From the IMG/VR virus record IMGVR_UViG_3300044714_000024, positions 204-64,203 of that record: a DNA stretch of 64,000 nucleotides; one strand, 5' to 3'. This DNA is from a virus (lineage: Duplodnaviria; Caudoviricetes). The notes under the pieces were generated by a model. It searched no databases. It was not told the DNA's origin and worked only from the letters and a program-made list of their open reading frames with translations. How positions within the stretch are numbered: position 1 is the first letter of the stretch; every line of letters begins with the position of its first letter. Both the position numbers and the translations under genes were made by a program. Of this stretch, positions 36,770-46,991 are shown piece by piece.

Positions 36770-37388
36770 GTTTGCTCCTGGCGACTAGGGACGGGTCAGT
36801 CGGCAACTGCGCGAGCGTAGAAGTCTTTGGAAAATTCGACGGTGATGTCGAACGTGGTGATCATGCCGCCGGCATCTTTGACTAGACAGCGTTCCGATCC
36901 TCTGCCGTCGCGCAAGAGTTCACCGCCAGAGCCATCGTCCAGCTTCTCAGCGTACTTGGATGCCGCAAATTCTGCGCAATAGGCCATGACCTCGATCCAT
37001 TCGTCGTCGCCGTCATAGCCAATCATCCGACAGTGAAAGGGAACTTGGGCCATAGTGGTCTCCTAGCGGTTCTTCGGCGGTTAGTGCCTATTTCTCAGTT
37101 TCCATTGCAACGCGGACAGATTTCAACGCATACCCATGAGCAGACGTGTTCCAATTCAGTGTTGCACGCTGGGCATCTGGCCGCCCCGTTCGTCAAATTC
37201 GGTGTAGCGTCCCCACGCGGCTTCCGCCCGAAGATTGACGAGATAGCCAAGGTCAAGTTCTTTCCTTGATAGTTTAAGTGCATCGTCAATCTCCCGAATG
37301 AAGCGAGCAACGTGATTGTCCGAATTGTCGCCGCCCCAAACATCCATCACCACCATCACAGTTCATTCTCCCGACATACGTCCTGTTA

Positions 37389-37745
37389 TTAGCCGAAGTC
37401 GATACCATTCTTTTCTCGCACGCGCTCGACCAATACGGTCGCTAAGTCGAAACCGTGCAAATTTGCGAAACGAATTGCCGCAGTTGCCAAGTCCGCAGTG
37501 GCGGCCGCTATCGCCGCCTTATCTGTGTTGTTCGGCGGCCTGCCCGAATGATCGAGCATTTCGTAAACGGCAGCGATTTTCCCTAGTGACTTTGCGGCGT
37601 GTAGAACGCAATGGCTCCCTAGAATATGGGGCACCGCCGTTTCCGACGCCTGCACAATCTGCGGGCTATAGGGAACAGTCCACGGCTGATTTGCCTGTGC
37701 CTGCCGAAACGTCAGTTTTAGTGGATCGGTCATTTTCCCTCTCAA
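37389..37745 (-). CDS. divergent MazG-fold protein
   Basis: H..K..GK.A...E..DH...ADL...A.R.AN..G.DL......R...KN. Confidence 0.5.
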   Translation of the reverse strand: MRGKMTDPLKLTFRQAQANQPWTVPYSPQIVQASETAVPHILGSHCVLHAAKSLGKIAAVYEMLDHSGRPPNNTDKAAIAAATADLATAAIRFANLHGFDLATVLVERVREKNGIDFG

Positions 37746-38433
37746 AGTTGGACGTTAACCCCGTGTATGTGCCCGATTTCACGCGGCGGCTTTTTCTTCG
37801 GCGTCAATCTCTTTCGCGTGCTCTAGGAGAGCGTCCGCCATCGCCTTCGTAAGCGGAGACAGATTGACTTGCGCTACCCGGCGCGTTCCGTCGTGTTCGA
37901 CCAGGAAGGTCATGACGGATTGAAAGATGCCGAACTTGCGACCTTTGCCACCATTCAGGTCGGCAACATGCTCACGTAGGAACATGCGTCCTTGGGTTTT
38001 CCAGTCGTATAGTTCGACTTCGACTTCAAGTTTGATTTTCACGACGGTTGCTCCTTATGATCCCGGACTACCTGGGACAACATCTTGCGGGCTTGGCGGG
38101 CAGCGTGGCGACCTTCCGCGCAAGATCGGCACATGCCAAAAACTTTCGTTCGGTCGAGCGGCTTGCCGCAATCGCAGCAAGTATCGCCGTGACCGCAGTT
38201 CATGCAGGCCCCTCTCAAAAGGAAGGGTCGCTCACAGCAGTCGCTCATGGTCGGCACCTTTGATCGTGGCGGCGGATCAGCCTTAGGCAAATCAAACACA
38301 GGTGGCCGCGCTGGCCGGTGCAGTGTTTCGGGATCACGAAGTCCTTGCCTTCCACCTTGCCAACGGCTCGGAGCTTCTTGGCCTGTTTCTTACTGACATA
38401 GGGGCGTGGGTCCATTTGGGCACTAACGACGCA

Positions 38434-38841
38434 TTAGCCGAGTGAGATTGCGCGCGAACGCAACCACTTCTCGTCAGGCCGCCATTGTTCCTCGCGGTTC
38501 ATTCCAGTTCCGACTATGCGGCTAGTCCATCCCCACTTTTTGAGAATGTCCGGCATGTCGAAAAGTGGCTCAACAATAATTGGCGTCAAGCCGTGATAAG
38601 CGATCTCTCCAATGAGCCGCCGCAGCGCGCCTTTACCGCGCTCTTTGGCTTTGATGGCCACGATACGTACCTCGCGGCCTTTCACCGAGACTACGACATC
38701 ATCAGGCCAGTCATATTTTGAGAACCACGGAACGTCGCCTGGGCATACCGGCATGAAGCCAGCCGCGCGCTCATCTTCTTTCATGGCCGCGACAGGGCCA
38801 ATGCGCACTAACCGTTCCATCACTTCGTTTAAGTCCATCAC
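38434..38841 (-). CDS. GNAT-like protein
   Basis: V.IVAI.A...GKGALRRLI...L.KWGW. Confidence 0.5.
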   Translation of the reverse strand: MMDLNEVMERLVRIGPVAAMKEDERAAGFMPVCPGDVPWFSKYDWPDDVVVSVKGREVRIVAIKAKERGKGALRRLIGEIAYHGLTPIIVEPLFDMPDILKKWGWTSRIVGTGMNREEQWRPDEKWLRSRAISLG

Positions 38842-39177
38842 GCCACCTTCTCGCTGCTCTTTTCCATCCGCGCTATTTCAGCGGCTAAAATATTTTCTGC
38901 CAAAGCCACACAGCGCTTTTTTGTCCGGCACCACGAAATGCCATGAGATGAGTTCAAATTTTTGTGGTCCGACAAGCGCAAGGCAGACAATCCAAAGCCG
39001 GCATCGCTCGCATGGTAAATATAGAACCGAATGCCAGCAACCTCGGCCTGATATTCACTTTTATGATATTCACTTTTATCGCGACCGGGGAGCCACTTGA
39101 TTTTGTTTTCTGTGCTCATGCCACTTTGCTCTTTTCCATCCGCATCCGCTGCACGGTATGGGTGTTCTCCCGATTAT

Positions 39178-39882
39178 CTAAACTGCCTCACCTAAGATTT
39201 CTCGACTGAGCGCACCAAACTTTTCGGCATCACCAACCACCTGTCCTCTGAGGGCAACAATCCACCATCGCTCGCCTTGCCACTTCGGCGGGATAAGGGT
39301 TGCGTGAAGTGTGCCAGCGGAGCAAAGATTGAGCGGTCCCGATGCGGTATGAATAACTCCGGGATATGCGGGCGGAATCTTGCCACCGCCGTTGGCCGGG
39401 AGTGCTTGTTTGTTTGATCGCCAGAACGCGATGGTGGCGCCTTCCTTCCGAAGCGCCGCAAGGCGCTTCTGCAAAGTGTCTGGCCAGGTGGATGCGAAAG
39501 CATCCACCGTTGCCAGCCAATATTCTTTAGAGCCATCGCCATAGCCATAGCCATCGCCATAGCCATAGCCATCGCCATCGCCATCGCCATCGCCATCGCC
39601 ATAGCCATCGCCATAGCCATAGCCATAGCCATAGCCATCGCCATCGCCATAGCCATAGCCATAGCCATCGCCATCGCCATAGCCATCGCCATCGCCATCG
39701 CCATCGCCATAGCCATAGCCATCGCCATAGCCATAGCCATAGCCATCGCCATCGCCATCGCCATAGCCATAGCCATCGCCATCGCCATCGCCATAGCCAT
39801 AGCCATAGCCATCGCCATAGCCATCGCCATCGCCAAGCCACGCTGGCAGGCTTCCGGCGGTCAAGGATGCTACTTGCGCCAT
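39178..39882 (-). CDS. Gly-Asp/Gly-Tyr repeat protein
   Basis: (GD/GY)x50 followed by a globular domain (LC..G.LHA...P). Confidence 0.75.
   Translation of the reverse strand: MAQVASLTAGSLPAWLGDGDGYGDGYGYGYGDGDGDGYGYGDGDGDGYGYGYGDGYGYGDGDGDGDGYGDGDGYGYGYGDGDGYGYGYGYGDGYGDGDGDGDGDGYGYGDGYGYGDGSKEYWLATVDAFASTWPDTLQKRLAALRKEGATIAFWRSNKQALPANGGGKIPPAYPGVIHTASGPLNLCSAGTLHATLIPPKWQGERWWIVALRGQVVGDAEKFGALSREILGEAV
39532..39831. repeat. tandem hexamer array (GCCATA/GCCATC)x50
   Basis: Read directly from the sequence. Confidence 0.97.
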
Positions 39883-40172
39883 GGGGCACTCTCCCAAGCC
39901 GCGATGGCTTCCGGCGTACAGTCGGCCACGCCAGTTACGTTGCGAGCGTCGAAAAGAGTAGCGGCGGGGCCAATCCGGCAATTCGCATTCGGTCCTGTCG
40001 CGGCAAGATCAAGGAATCCCTTGAGGCTGCGCCATTGAATGCAATTCCGCGCGTTCCTAAGAACGATGTTCGGGCCACTGGTATCGGTCGCGTAGCCGAA
40101 GAAAACGCCACGATTGCCGGTAGTGACAAGCACAGCGCGTTCGGTCTTTTTTCGGTTCGGGTGGTTTACCAC
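39870..40172 (-). CDS. DUF6948-like (Sm/LSm-like fold) protein
   Basis: VLV.T..RGVFFG......L.NAR....W....G...LA..GP....I; GGAG RBS before GTG. Confidence 0.75.
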   Translation of the reverse strand: MVNHPNRKKTERAVLVTTGNRGVFFGYATDTSGPNIVLRNARNCIQWRSLKGFLDLAATGPNANCRIGPAATLFDARNVTGVADCTPEAIAAWESAPWRK

Positions 40173-40712
40173 GTTCGTCTCTCCTGCCCCTGTGACCCGA
40201 GGCGCGGTTGGCAGCATGTGCAGCCGCATTCATCAAGATTGCCCAATATGTTGCTTGTACCCCGCCATAAACGCCTCATGGTCCGCAGCCGACCTAAACT
40301 TCATGCCTTCCAGCCATTGCCAAGCGCGATAGGCGAGGACTTGCAGTTCTCCGGGCCATTGCGGGCAGGCGGCATCGGCCCATTTCCGAAATGACGGGGC
40401 GTCGGTTGGGATTTTGTCGGCGGGGAGGATGGTCACGGCAGGCTCCCGCCGGGGATATGGTTGGCCTGACCGTCCCGCGCTTGTCGCCGACGAATATATT
40501 CTTCTAGCGTTGGCAGTGGACCGCAGTACATAGAATAATCGCGCTGGTAGTCTTCTCGATAACGGGCAAGATCGCCTGCGGTAACGTGAACGGCCGGTTC
40601 TTCGATAATTTTGATTGTCATCGCTCAACTCCATAGCGCCGCGTGCAATATTCGAGCTTGTAGAAACCCGATATTGGGTCGCTGCGGTAGGTGGACATGA
40701 GGGTGCGGAGGT

Positions 40713-40886
40713 TCATGACGCTTCCCGTTCCTGTTGCAACGCGCGTTCGACGTAGTAGAGAATTTGGCCGTTGATGCTCCGATGATCGCGGGCCGCAGAC
40801 TGTTCAAGCCGTCGCTTCTGCGCTGGCGTCATATAGATATGAGCCTCGACACTACGCTCGACATCCTTGCGCGGCTTGCTGCTCAT
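40713..40886 (-). CDS. Arc-like ribbon-helix-helix regulator
   Basis: K..LE..A....RSIN.QI...VE.AL. Confidence 0.8.
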   Translation of the reverse strand: MSSKPRKDVERSVEAHIYMTPAQKRRLEQSAARDHRSINGQILYYVERALQQEREAS

Positions 40887-41142
40887 CGTCGCACGTCCTG
40901 GCCGTTGACGGTCTCGATATTGGACAGCGCCACCATGATCGTTGTGGCTTCGAGCCCAGCGAGGCGATTGCACCATACCGGGACATGGGTGGTCATAGGC
41001 TCCCCGTTGATAAAGCCATCCCAAAGACTCGGGGGTGTGCCCTTGTAATGAATGCCGGTAATCTCAGTTCCGCTCGGCCGGAAGCCTATCCGGTCGCCTT
41101 GTTTCAGTTTCACGGCTATCTCCCATCTGCCTTAATAATCCA

Positions 41143-41171
41143 AACATATCCTATGATGGGATGGTTGTCAA
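41143..41171 (-). promoter_or_regulatory. sigma70-type promoter
   Basis: TTGACA-17 bp-TATGTT on the minus strand; perfect DnaA box TGTGGATAA at 41178-41186. Confidence 0.6.
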
Positions 41172-41705
41172 GTGCCCTGTGGATAAGGCTTTCCCGACAT
41201 AACCTCAGTTAGTCGCTAGGTGTTGCCTGCCCTGTTCGCATAGCGACGCCTTCCTCTTTGGTGACGGTCGGAAGCGTGTCGAGCGCGTCAATTTCAGGTG
41301 GCTCTGGTGCGGCGGCAAGCATAGCCTTGTAAATCGTGTATGGATTGAAGCCGCCAATCCGCTTGAACTCAGCTTTGCCAGCCTCGAACATTTCGTAGGG
41401 CAGGGAGCCGATGCCATCCGGTACCAGCTTCCATCCCTTCGGAACTTCAAATTTTGCCATGTCTAACGGTCCCAAAGTTTTTCTTTTAGTTCCAAAAACC
41501 ACATGATCGGCGCGACCACCACAACACAGATCATGATACCCAGAACGGCTAGCGTTGCCGCCGCTATCCAGAGCGGCCCGCTAATCGGCAGCGTTACAAA
41601 AAACACGCGCCTCCAAAACAGCGGCCACGCCGTAGGCATCGACCAATGCGGCTTGTCCGCTCGCTCAGCCATTGTTGCCATTTCGATCCCCATGCTAAGC
41701 AGAAG

Positions 41706-42266
41706 TTAGCATCCGTTTGCGAGTTGGTGTTCTGTCTTGCGATAGATCGCAAAGAGGCGGATCCGTTTCTGCGGGCCGTTCATCACACCGATGATGCCAA
41801 GCAGTTTCACGGGCAGTTTTCGCTTGCCGCCCGTCGGCGGGATAAACTCGTGCAGCAGCCCGATTTTGCCGCCGGTCTTCGTCACCCGCGCCATTTCGGC
41901 GATGATCTTGGTAGCCGAGATATAGGGCAGGCCGTACCGCTCCGAATCCTTTGGCGAGTAGGGAGGATCCGCGAACGAGGCGTCGAACGTCCCCTCAGCA
42001 AACGGCAGCGTGGATCCGAGAGACACCACGGAAGGCTTCCCAGCGGGGTTGCCGTCAACGGTGGTGATGCCCTCCTCGGGAGCTATCGTACCGCTGAACC
42101 AATGAAGCATCGAACCCCAGGGCCGCAGGACTTGCTTGGCGCGCGGCCAAAATGATTGCGGGAAGGCGCCATAATATTTCGCGGTCGGACGCCCGCAAAA
42201 CCACGTGCCGTGGATGTAGCCGTTTTCCAAAACCGTGTAGGGCGGAAGATCCGTCATTGCGTCCAT
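41706..42266 (-). CDS. SAM-dependent (amino-)DNA methyltransferase-like protein
   Basis: YYGAFP, LH.FSG, LPF....FD...ADPPY and EM.RV.K.GG motifs. Confidence 0.8.
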   Translation of the reverse strand: MDAMTDLPPYTVLENGYIHGTWFCGRPTAKYYGAFPQSFWPRAKQVLRPWGSMLHWFSGTIAPEEGITTVDGNPAGKPSVVSLGSTLPFAEGTFDASFADPPYSPKDSERYGLPYISATKIIAEMARVTKTGGKIGLLHEFIPPTGGKRKLPVKLLGIIGVMNGPQKRIRLFAIYRKTEHQLANGC

Positions 42267-42288
42267 GTTTTTCCCGGCTGTTCTGTCA

Positions 42289-42690
42289 TTAACCGGCTTG
42301 TCTTCGAGCGGACGGCGACATAAATTTTCCCGCCGCCCAAATCGAAATAGAAATAATTACTGCGCCGAGAAGCAAAAAATCACCCACGCTTGAACCTCCC
42401 CAAAAACGGTCGCAGAGATATGGGAGTGCGTTATCTGACGTTAGAGGAATGTACTCACTTCTAAACGGAGTACCATCGTCAATTGCTGGCATGAAGCCAC
42501 CGTTGAAAATAGTGGCAAGAGCATTGCAGGTGCACCCAGGAGTAAATAGCCATCCCCGCACGACCGTAAAGTTGAACAAGATCATTGCTAGCCAAAAAAT
42601 ACAGCAAGTGAATAATCCAGGATATGCCCTCCAAATGAAGGCCATCGGAATCCCTACCAAAAGGCACAGCAAACTCATTCCCGATTTCAT
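42289..42690 (-). CDS. DUF5317-like membrane protein
   Basis: Multiple TM segments; N..A...NGG.MP, L.YL.D and S.GD motifs; low GC. Confidence 0.65.
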   Translation of the reverse strand: MKSGMSLLCLLVGIPMAFIWRAYPGLFTCCIFWLAMILFNFTVVRGWLFTPGCTCNALATIFNGGFMPAIDDGTPFRSEYIPLTSDNALPYLCDRFWGGSSVGDFLLLGAVIISISIWAAGKFMSPSARRQAG

Positions 42691-42713
42691 TTTTTGCTCC
42701 TGTTAATTCCGTA

Positions 42714-43064
42714 TCAACTGCCAAACCCGAAAGACATTGGAGAGCAGGCCCATCGGATTTGCTGTTTTTCTTTGACTTCCGGTTCGTCTTTTGGGCATGG
42801 ATAATTTTTATTACCTTCAATCGCGCAGCCAAATTGGCGTGCTGATTTTTTATCTTCTTCGGCACGAGAGGCAACACAGACCCTACCTATATTCATACAT
42901 TCGATTGAACGGGGTCCTGTGACTTTGCAGCGGTAGTTTTCGACTTCTATTGAACTTCCTGTGGGTGAGATAGGCCCAAGTGGCGGCTCTACCCACGATT
43001 TCCAATCCTCGGCGGCGGCCGGCGTTGCCAGTAAAAATAAAATAGCAATCAATTTCAAGTTCAT
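42714..43064 (-). CDS. small secreted Cys-rich protein
   Basis: Leader MNLKLIAILFLLATPAAA|E; six Cys. Confidence 0.6.
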   Translation of the reverse strand: MNLKLIAILFLLATPAAAEDWKSWVEPPLGPISPTGSSIEVENYRCKVTGPRSIECMNIGRVCVASRAEEDKKSARQFGCAIEGNKNYPCPKDEPEVKEKQQIRWACSPMSFGFGS

Positions 43065-43307
43065 AATGTCACCTATTAACTTGTTGACTGTGCCCGTTTG
43101 CGCGGCTTGCGAAGTTTTTTCGTTTGCGTACGCCACAGTTCGTCTTTCTCGCCCTTCCAGTAGCCGCCGCCTAAGTGCGGCGCCTCGTCTGGCGTGACCC
43201 AGCCTGAGGGACGATCAACGGCAGCAACGCCGGGCTTGCGCCATTGCTTTTCCGCTAATGTCTTTATCTGTTCTGGCTGCATCTGGCGGTTAACCTGTCG
43301 TTATCGC

Positions 43308-43736
43308 CTATACCAACATTCCCGCGCGTGCGGCGAAGATAACGTCTCTCATCTTAACCAAATCCCCGCGCGCTGCATAGAGTCGTTCGGCGAGCAAAAG
43401 CGGATTTACACCGACCATAGACCAGAACGCGCGCTCACCTATTCTGTGTTGCTCTCGGTGGCAGTCGCGGCAGAGTGGAACGGCCCATTTATCGTGTGGC
43501 TTCTTGCTCATGCCGCCGTGTTTGTTGTGCGCGCCAGACTGCATTCGCACATGCGCGGCTTCGCTAGGTTCGTCGTTGCAGCCTAGACACGGCAGCATTC
43601 TGATTTGTGCCAGATAAACCGGATCGGAATCGCCGACGACTTTCAGCTTGATCCGCTGCGCTATGGCGAAGGCGCGTTTGAGTAGGGCGCCGGGTTGCGC
43701 GGGTGGGGTAAGGCGTTGGGGTTGGGTGGGCTTCAT
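43308..43736 (-). CDS. DUF968/HNH-like nuclease
   Basis: YL..IR.LPC..C....EAAH.R.....G...KP.D...VPLC..CH..QH..GE..FW. Confidence 0.85.
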   Translation of the reverse strand: MKPTQPQRLTPPAQPGALLKRAFAIAQRIKLKVVGDSDPVYLAQIRMLPCLGCNDEPSEAAHVRMQSGAHNKHGGMSKKPHDKWAVPLCRDCHREQHRIGERAFWSMVGVNPLLLAERLYAARGDLVKMRDVIFAARAGMLV

Positions 43737-43768
43737 GGCTGTTCAAGATTCTGTGTCACGAGAGTTTG

Positions 43769-44407
43769 TTAGTTTGCGCTACCGGATTCGGTCATCATTG
43801 CGCTTACCGGACGTTTCTTCGCATAGTTGACGCTCGGCTCCGGACAACGGCCAAGTTCTTTCAGCTTGCGGAAAAGTTCCAGTGCAGACCGCGCGTCGCC
43901 GCCGGCAGAATGGGCGCCGTGCTGTTCGATCTTGAAATGCGCCATTGCCTCGGAAAGTTTCGGAAACTTGTAGCCCTTCCCATTCGCTTTCGGAATTTTG
44001 CAGATATCGGTGAGCGGGCGCATGACACAGATATTGGGCGTGCGCTCGAAACTATCATCCATGCCGGCGCGGCGAAGTTCTCCGCGCATCACTTTCAAAT
44101 CGAACTGGGAGTTGAAGGCGACAACGATTAAACCGCGATCAACCGCGTCAGTGTACGCTTGCAGAACGTGCGCGACCGGCAATCCCTTCTCCATCAAAAA
44201 CTCTTGCGGCAAGTGATTGATCGCGGCGACCTCTGGCGGCATCGTCCATCTGTCCGGATGCACCAGCAAATCAACGATGCTTTCCTCTTGTAGATTTTCA
44301 TCCACAAAAATCATCGCCAGGTGTGCGAGGCGCGGCTGGCCTTCGGCATCGGCGGGCAGCGCGAAATTAAAGAGGCCGCTCGTTTCCGTATCCAGAACTA
44401 CGTACAT
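43769..44407 (-). CDS. DEDDh 3'-5' exonuclease (DnaQ-like)
   Basis: LDTETSG, AFN..FD, K.PKL.E and AHSA..DA motifs. Confidence 0.92.
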   Translation of the reverse strand: MYVVLDTETSGLFNFALPADAEGQPRLAHLAMIFVDENLQEESIVDLLVHPDRWTMPPEVAAINHLPQEFLMEKGLPVAHVLQAYTDAVDRGLIVVAFNSQFDLKVMRGELRRAGMDDSFERTPNICVMRPLTDICKIPKANGKGYKFPKLSEAMAHFKIEQHGAHSAGGDARSALELFRKLKELGRCPEPSVNYAKKRPVSAMMTESGSAN

Positions 44408-44567
44408 GGTCTATGCCTTCTCCGGTATCGGATGGTTGAGCACAAGATCGTCAATTGCAGCCTGTTCGGTCGGACCATATCCGGTCGGTCCTTCCGGATC
44501 GTCGTAGTGCGCCAGCCAATCGAACTGCCGCGACGGGATTGGCGGGAATATATTATTGGTTACGATC

Positions 44568-45080
44568 TTACGCATCGTCTTGGCCAAAGGTTTCCTGCCA
44601 CACCTTGCGCAAAACCTCGACGCGGGCTTTCAGTTCGTTGCCCTCGCATTCACAGCGCCCGGTTTCGATGAAAGCGTTGAGCAGCGAGCAAACAAACATG
44701 CGCTCGGCATCGCGTGGTGCGGTCGGGCGGTGCTGGTAGTATTGCTGCGCCTGCGGCTTGGTCTGTGCCGGCGCTGCCGTCGTGAGCGTGGCGCCATTGC
44801 GCTGCGGTTCCCGGATTTCCACGCCCTCGGTGCGTCCTGTCGGCCGCTGCGTATAATTCACCTGCTCGGCCTGCGGAGCAACCCGCTTGACCCCGATGAT
44901 ATTCTTGAAGCCGTTGGGCGCCTCGGTGTACGCGACCTCATAGGTATTGTCGGCCTGGAATTCCTTGATCCGATCCGCCTTGACCGGAAAGGTGGAATTG
45001 TCGGCGCCCTTGATGAAGCCGTATTGCTTGCCCTCTTTCGGGGGGCCGACGTAGGTTACTTCGATGGTTGCGGTCTGCAT
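44568..45080 (-). CDS. putative OB-fold ssDNA-binding protein
   Basis: Beta-rich N-terminal domain, linker, helical C-terminus; adjacent to the exonuclease. Confidence 0.45.
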   Translation of the reverse strand: MQTATIEVTYVGPPKEGKQYGFIKGADNSTFPVKADRIKEFQADNTYEVAYTEAPNGFKNIIGVKRVAPQAEQVNYTQRPTGRTEGVEIREPQRNGATLTTAAPAQTKPQAQQYYQHRPTAPRDAERMFVCSLLNAFIETGRCECEGNELKARVEVLRKVWQETFGQDDA

Positions 45081-45081
45081 G

Positions 45082-45864
45082 TCACAGGCTCCTTTGATAC
45101 TCTGATTTGACACCATCCGGCAGTTCGCCAGTAGCTTCGCGGAAGCGCTTTGCGTCCTTAATAATCTGTTTCTTAAGATCATCCGAGCATCCCATGATGG
45201 TGATGGCTGCACAGGCATCCTCCACGGTGAAGACTTCGGTGGTCCGCATAGAGAGAGACTTGCCACCCATGACCGAGGCAATGCGAACCGGCACGTTGCG
45301 CTCGGCGGTGGCGGCGGCGCGGTCGGCTTTCTGAAAGCCTTTGAAGGCTTGGTCGGCCTCAACAATGGCGCCGCCGGCGTCCGTCAGTTCGCCTTGCTCG
45401 GCATTGTGGATGGCCTCTTGCTCGCGCGCCTCGGCTTCGCGGGCCTCGCGTTCCTGCCGCTCGGCTTTCTCGCGTAGTCTCTGTGCTTCCTTGAGCCGCG
45501 CGGCTTCGACGGCGTTGTTGAATTTGGTCAGTCGCGACTTGGCGAGTTCGTAGAGTTTTTCGAGCGGCTGACGGACCAGGCGGTAAGGCTTGTTGATCCG
45601 TTCAAGCTCAGCGTTCAGTGGGTCAACGAGAGGTTTCCTTTGGTCCTCCACCGCCTGCAAAGCAACGCGCGTGCGCTCGATCCAGGCAGCGTATTGCTTG
45701 GCACCGTCGAAGTTTTCGATGACGGGATTATTCTCGGTGAATGCCGAAAGCTCTTGCATCGCTTCCTTGGCGCTTTCGATTGGTCCGGGCGGATTGTTGC
45801 CGCCGATGGCAAGCCGGCCATTTGTTTGCTCGGCAACGCGATTGTGGTCGGTTTTGTCCAACAT
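45082..45864 (-). CDS. coiled-coil recombination-module protein
   Basis: IG.NNPP start, E..RK....PL and C-terminal LPDGV; GGAG RBS. Confidence 0.65.
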   Translation of the reverse strand: MLDKTDHNRVAEQTNGRLAIGGNNPPGPIESAKEAMQELSAFTENNPVIENFDGAKQYAAWIERTRVALQAVEDQRKPLVDPLNAELERINKPYRLVRQPLEKLYELAKSRLTKFNNAVEAARLKEAQRLREKAERQEREAREAEAREQEAIHNAEQGELTDAGGAIVEADQAFKGFQKADRAAATAERNVPVRIASVMGGKSLSMRTTEVFTVEDACAAITIMGCSDDLKKQIIKDAKRFREATGELPDGVKSEYQRSL

Positions 45865-46128
45865 GCTCCTACTCCATTTCCGGCGCTTCTGCGCTGCCGT
45901 GGTAACGTTCGCCGCAGATGTTGCAAACGAACGCGCGGGCACAACATTGATAGCTGGGCGTGTCTCGGCCACATCCAAACTCTTCGCACTCCTCCACGGT
46001 CGCATCGACACGTTCAGCGTAGCCGCCGCATTTACATTTGATGGCGTCTGCGAGCCTCCAAAGGCCCCAGAAGGTATTTGGCCTATCAGTGCTCCAATTA
46101 ATTTTGTCCACAACGCTCTCCAACGTCC

Positions 46129-46178
46129 GTATGAATTTCCGTGTCGCCAACACACCCCTGATCAGGAATGACCCAACC
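46129..46178 (+). repeat. repeat family A copy
   Basis: TGAATTTCCGTG...CCC.TGATCAGGAATGA core. Confidence 0.85.
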
Positions 46179-46657
46179 TAATCCGCCGCCCGACGATCCT
46201 CATAATCATAGTCAGGATCGAAGCCCTCGTATTCGTCATACTCCGCTTGCAATCCCTCGGCGCATTTCTCAAGCTCAAAGAGAGCGTATCCATCAATGGT
46301 CGATTGAAACTGTCCATCAAACAAACCGACGTTGACATTCTCGCACGAATTCGCCTTGGCTTCCTCGCCGACGATCTTCAACACGCGATCCGCAATCTTC
46401 GCCCAATGAGTAAGGAAGTCCGCCATGTCGCGGAATTGATCGGGAGAAGGAGAAACATCAAGCCTCGGAATGTACAGTCTCGCCAACGCCTGCACGGCCT
46501 CCCGATGCACGGTGGCAATCGCGTTGTGCCTCGAACCGGGCGCGCGACGTAGTGTTTCGACCAGGGCTTGCAGAGGATCGTTGCGCTTAGGCTCAGTGAA
46601 AACCTCGAACTCGCCTCGGATGATATCGTCGCTGTCGTCTTTGTGTGTCTTTGCCAT
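46178..46657 (-). CDS. hypothetical protein with acidic tail
   Basis: GGAG RBS; ORF. Confidence 0.7.
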   Translation of the reverse strand: MAKTHKDDSDDIIRGEFEVFTEPKRNDPLQALVETLRRAPGSRHNAIATVHREAVQALARLYIPRLDVSPSPDQFRDMADFLTHWAKIADRVLKIVGEEAKANSCENVNVGLFDGQFQSTIDGYALFELEKCAEGLQAEYDEYEGFDPDYDYEDRRAAD

Positions 46658-46674
46658 TTCACTCTCCCAAAGCC

Positions 46675-46732
46675 CGTGTGAATTTCCGTGTCAGTGCGCC
46701 AGCCCGTGATCCAGAATGAGACAAACCCCTTG
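46675..46732 (+). repeat. repeat family A copy
   Basis: CGTGTGAATTTCCGTG...CCCGTGATCCAGAATGAG. Confidence 0.85.
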
Positions 46733-46991
46733 CTGATCCAACACGAACCAAACAATGATGCCGACGCTGATCGCCAACAGACCCGCCAGCGCCAAGACGA
46801 TATGCTCGTATCTGCGTTCCAGTTGTTCCCTCCGAAGCTCCGCGCCTAACAGTTTAGCGTGGCTCATCATCGGGTCGGAGTGATGAGCTAAGGCGGCGGC
46901 GTTGAGGCCGGTTGTGTTGTCGCGAGAAAGGAGGGATTTAAGCATGGCTGTCTCACGAGAGGTTGGAGTGTTCTTTGCCGCCGGATGCCGG

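Noticed and set aside
39532-39831. Possible CRISPR array
   Set aside because: No spacers; it is a simple coding hexamer repeat, and no cas genes are present.
39192-39889. Poly-MA and poly-WR/WL ORFs
   Set aside because: Alternative frames of the hexamer array; only the GD/GY frame has a sensible start and C-terminal domain.
41178-41186. DnaA box as replication origin
   Set aside because: Single perfect box with no cluster or AT-rich unwinding element; kept only as a promoter-proximal note.
43752-43764. TGTGTCACGAGAG matching the end of repeat family B
   Set aside because: Only 13 bp; chance cannot be excluded.
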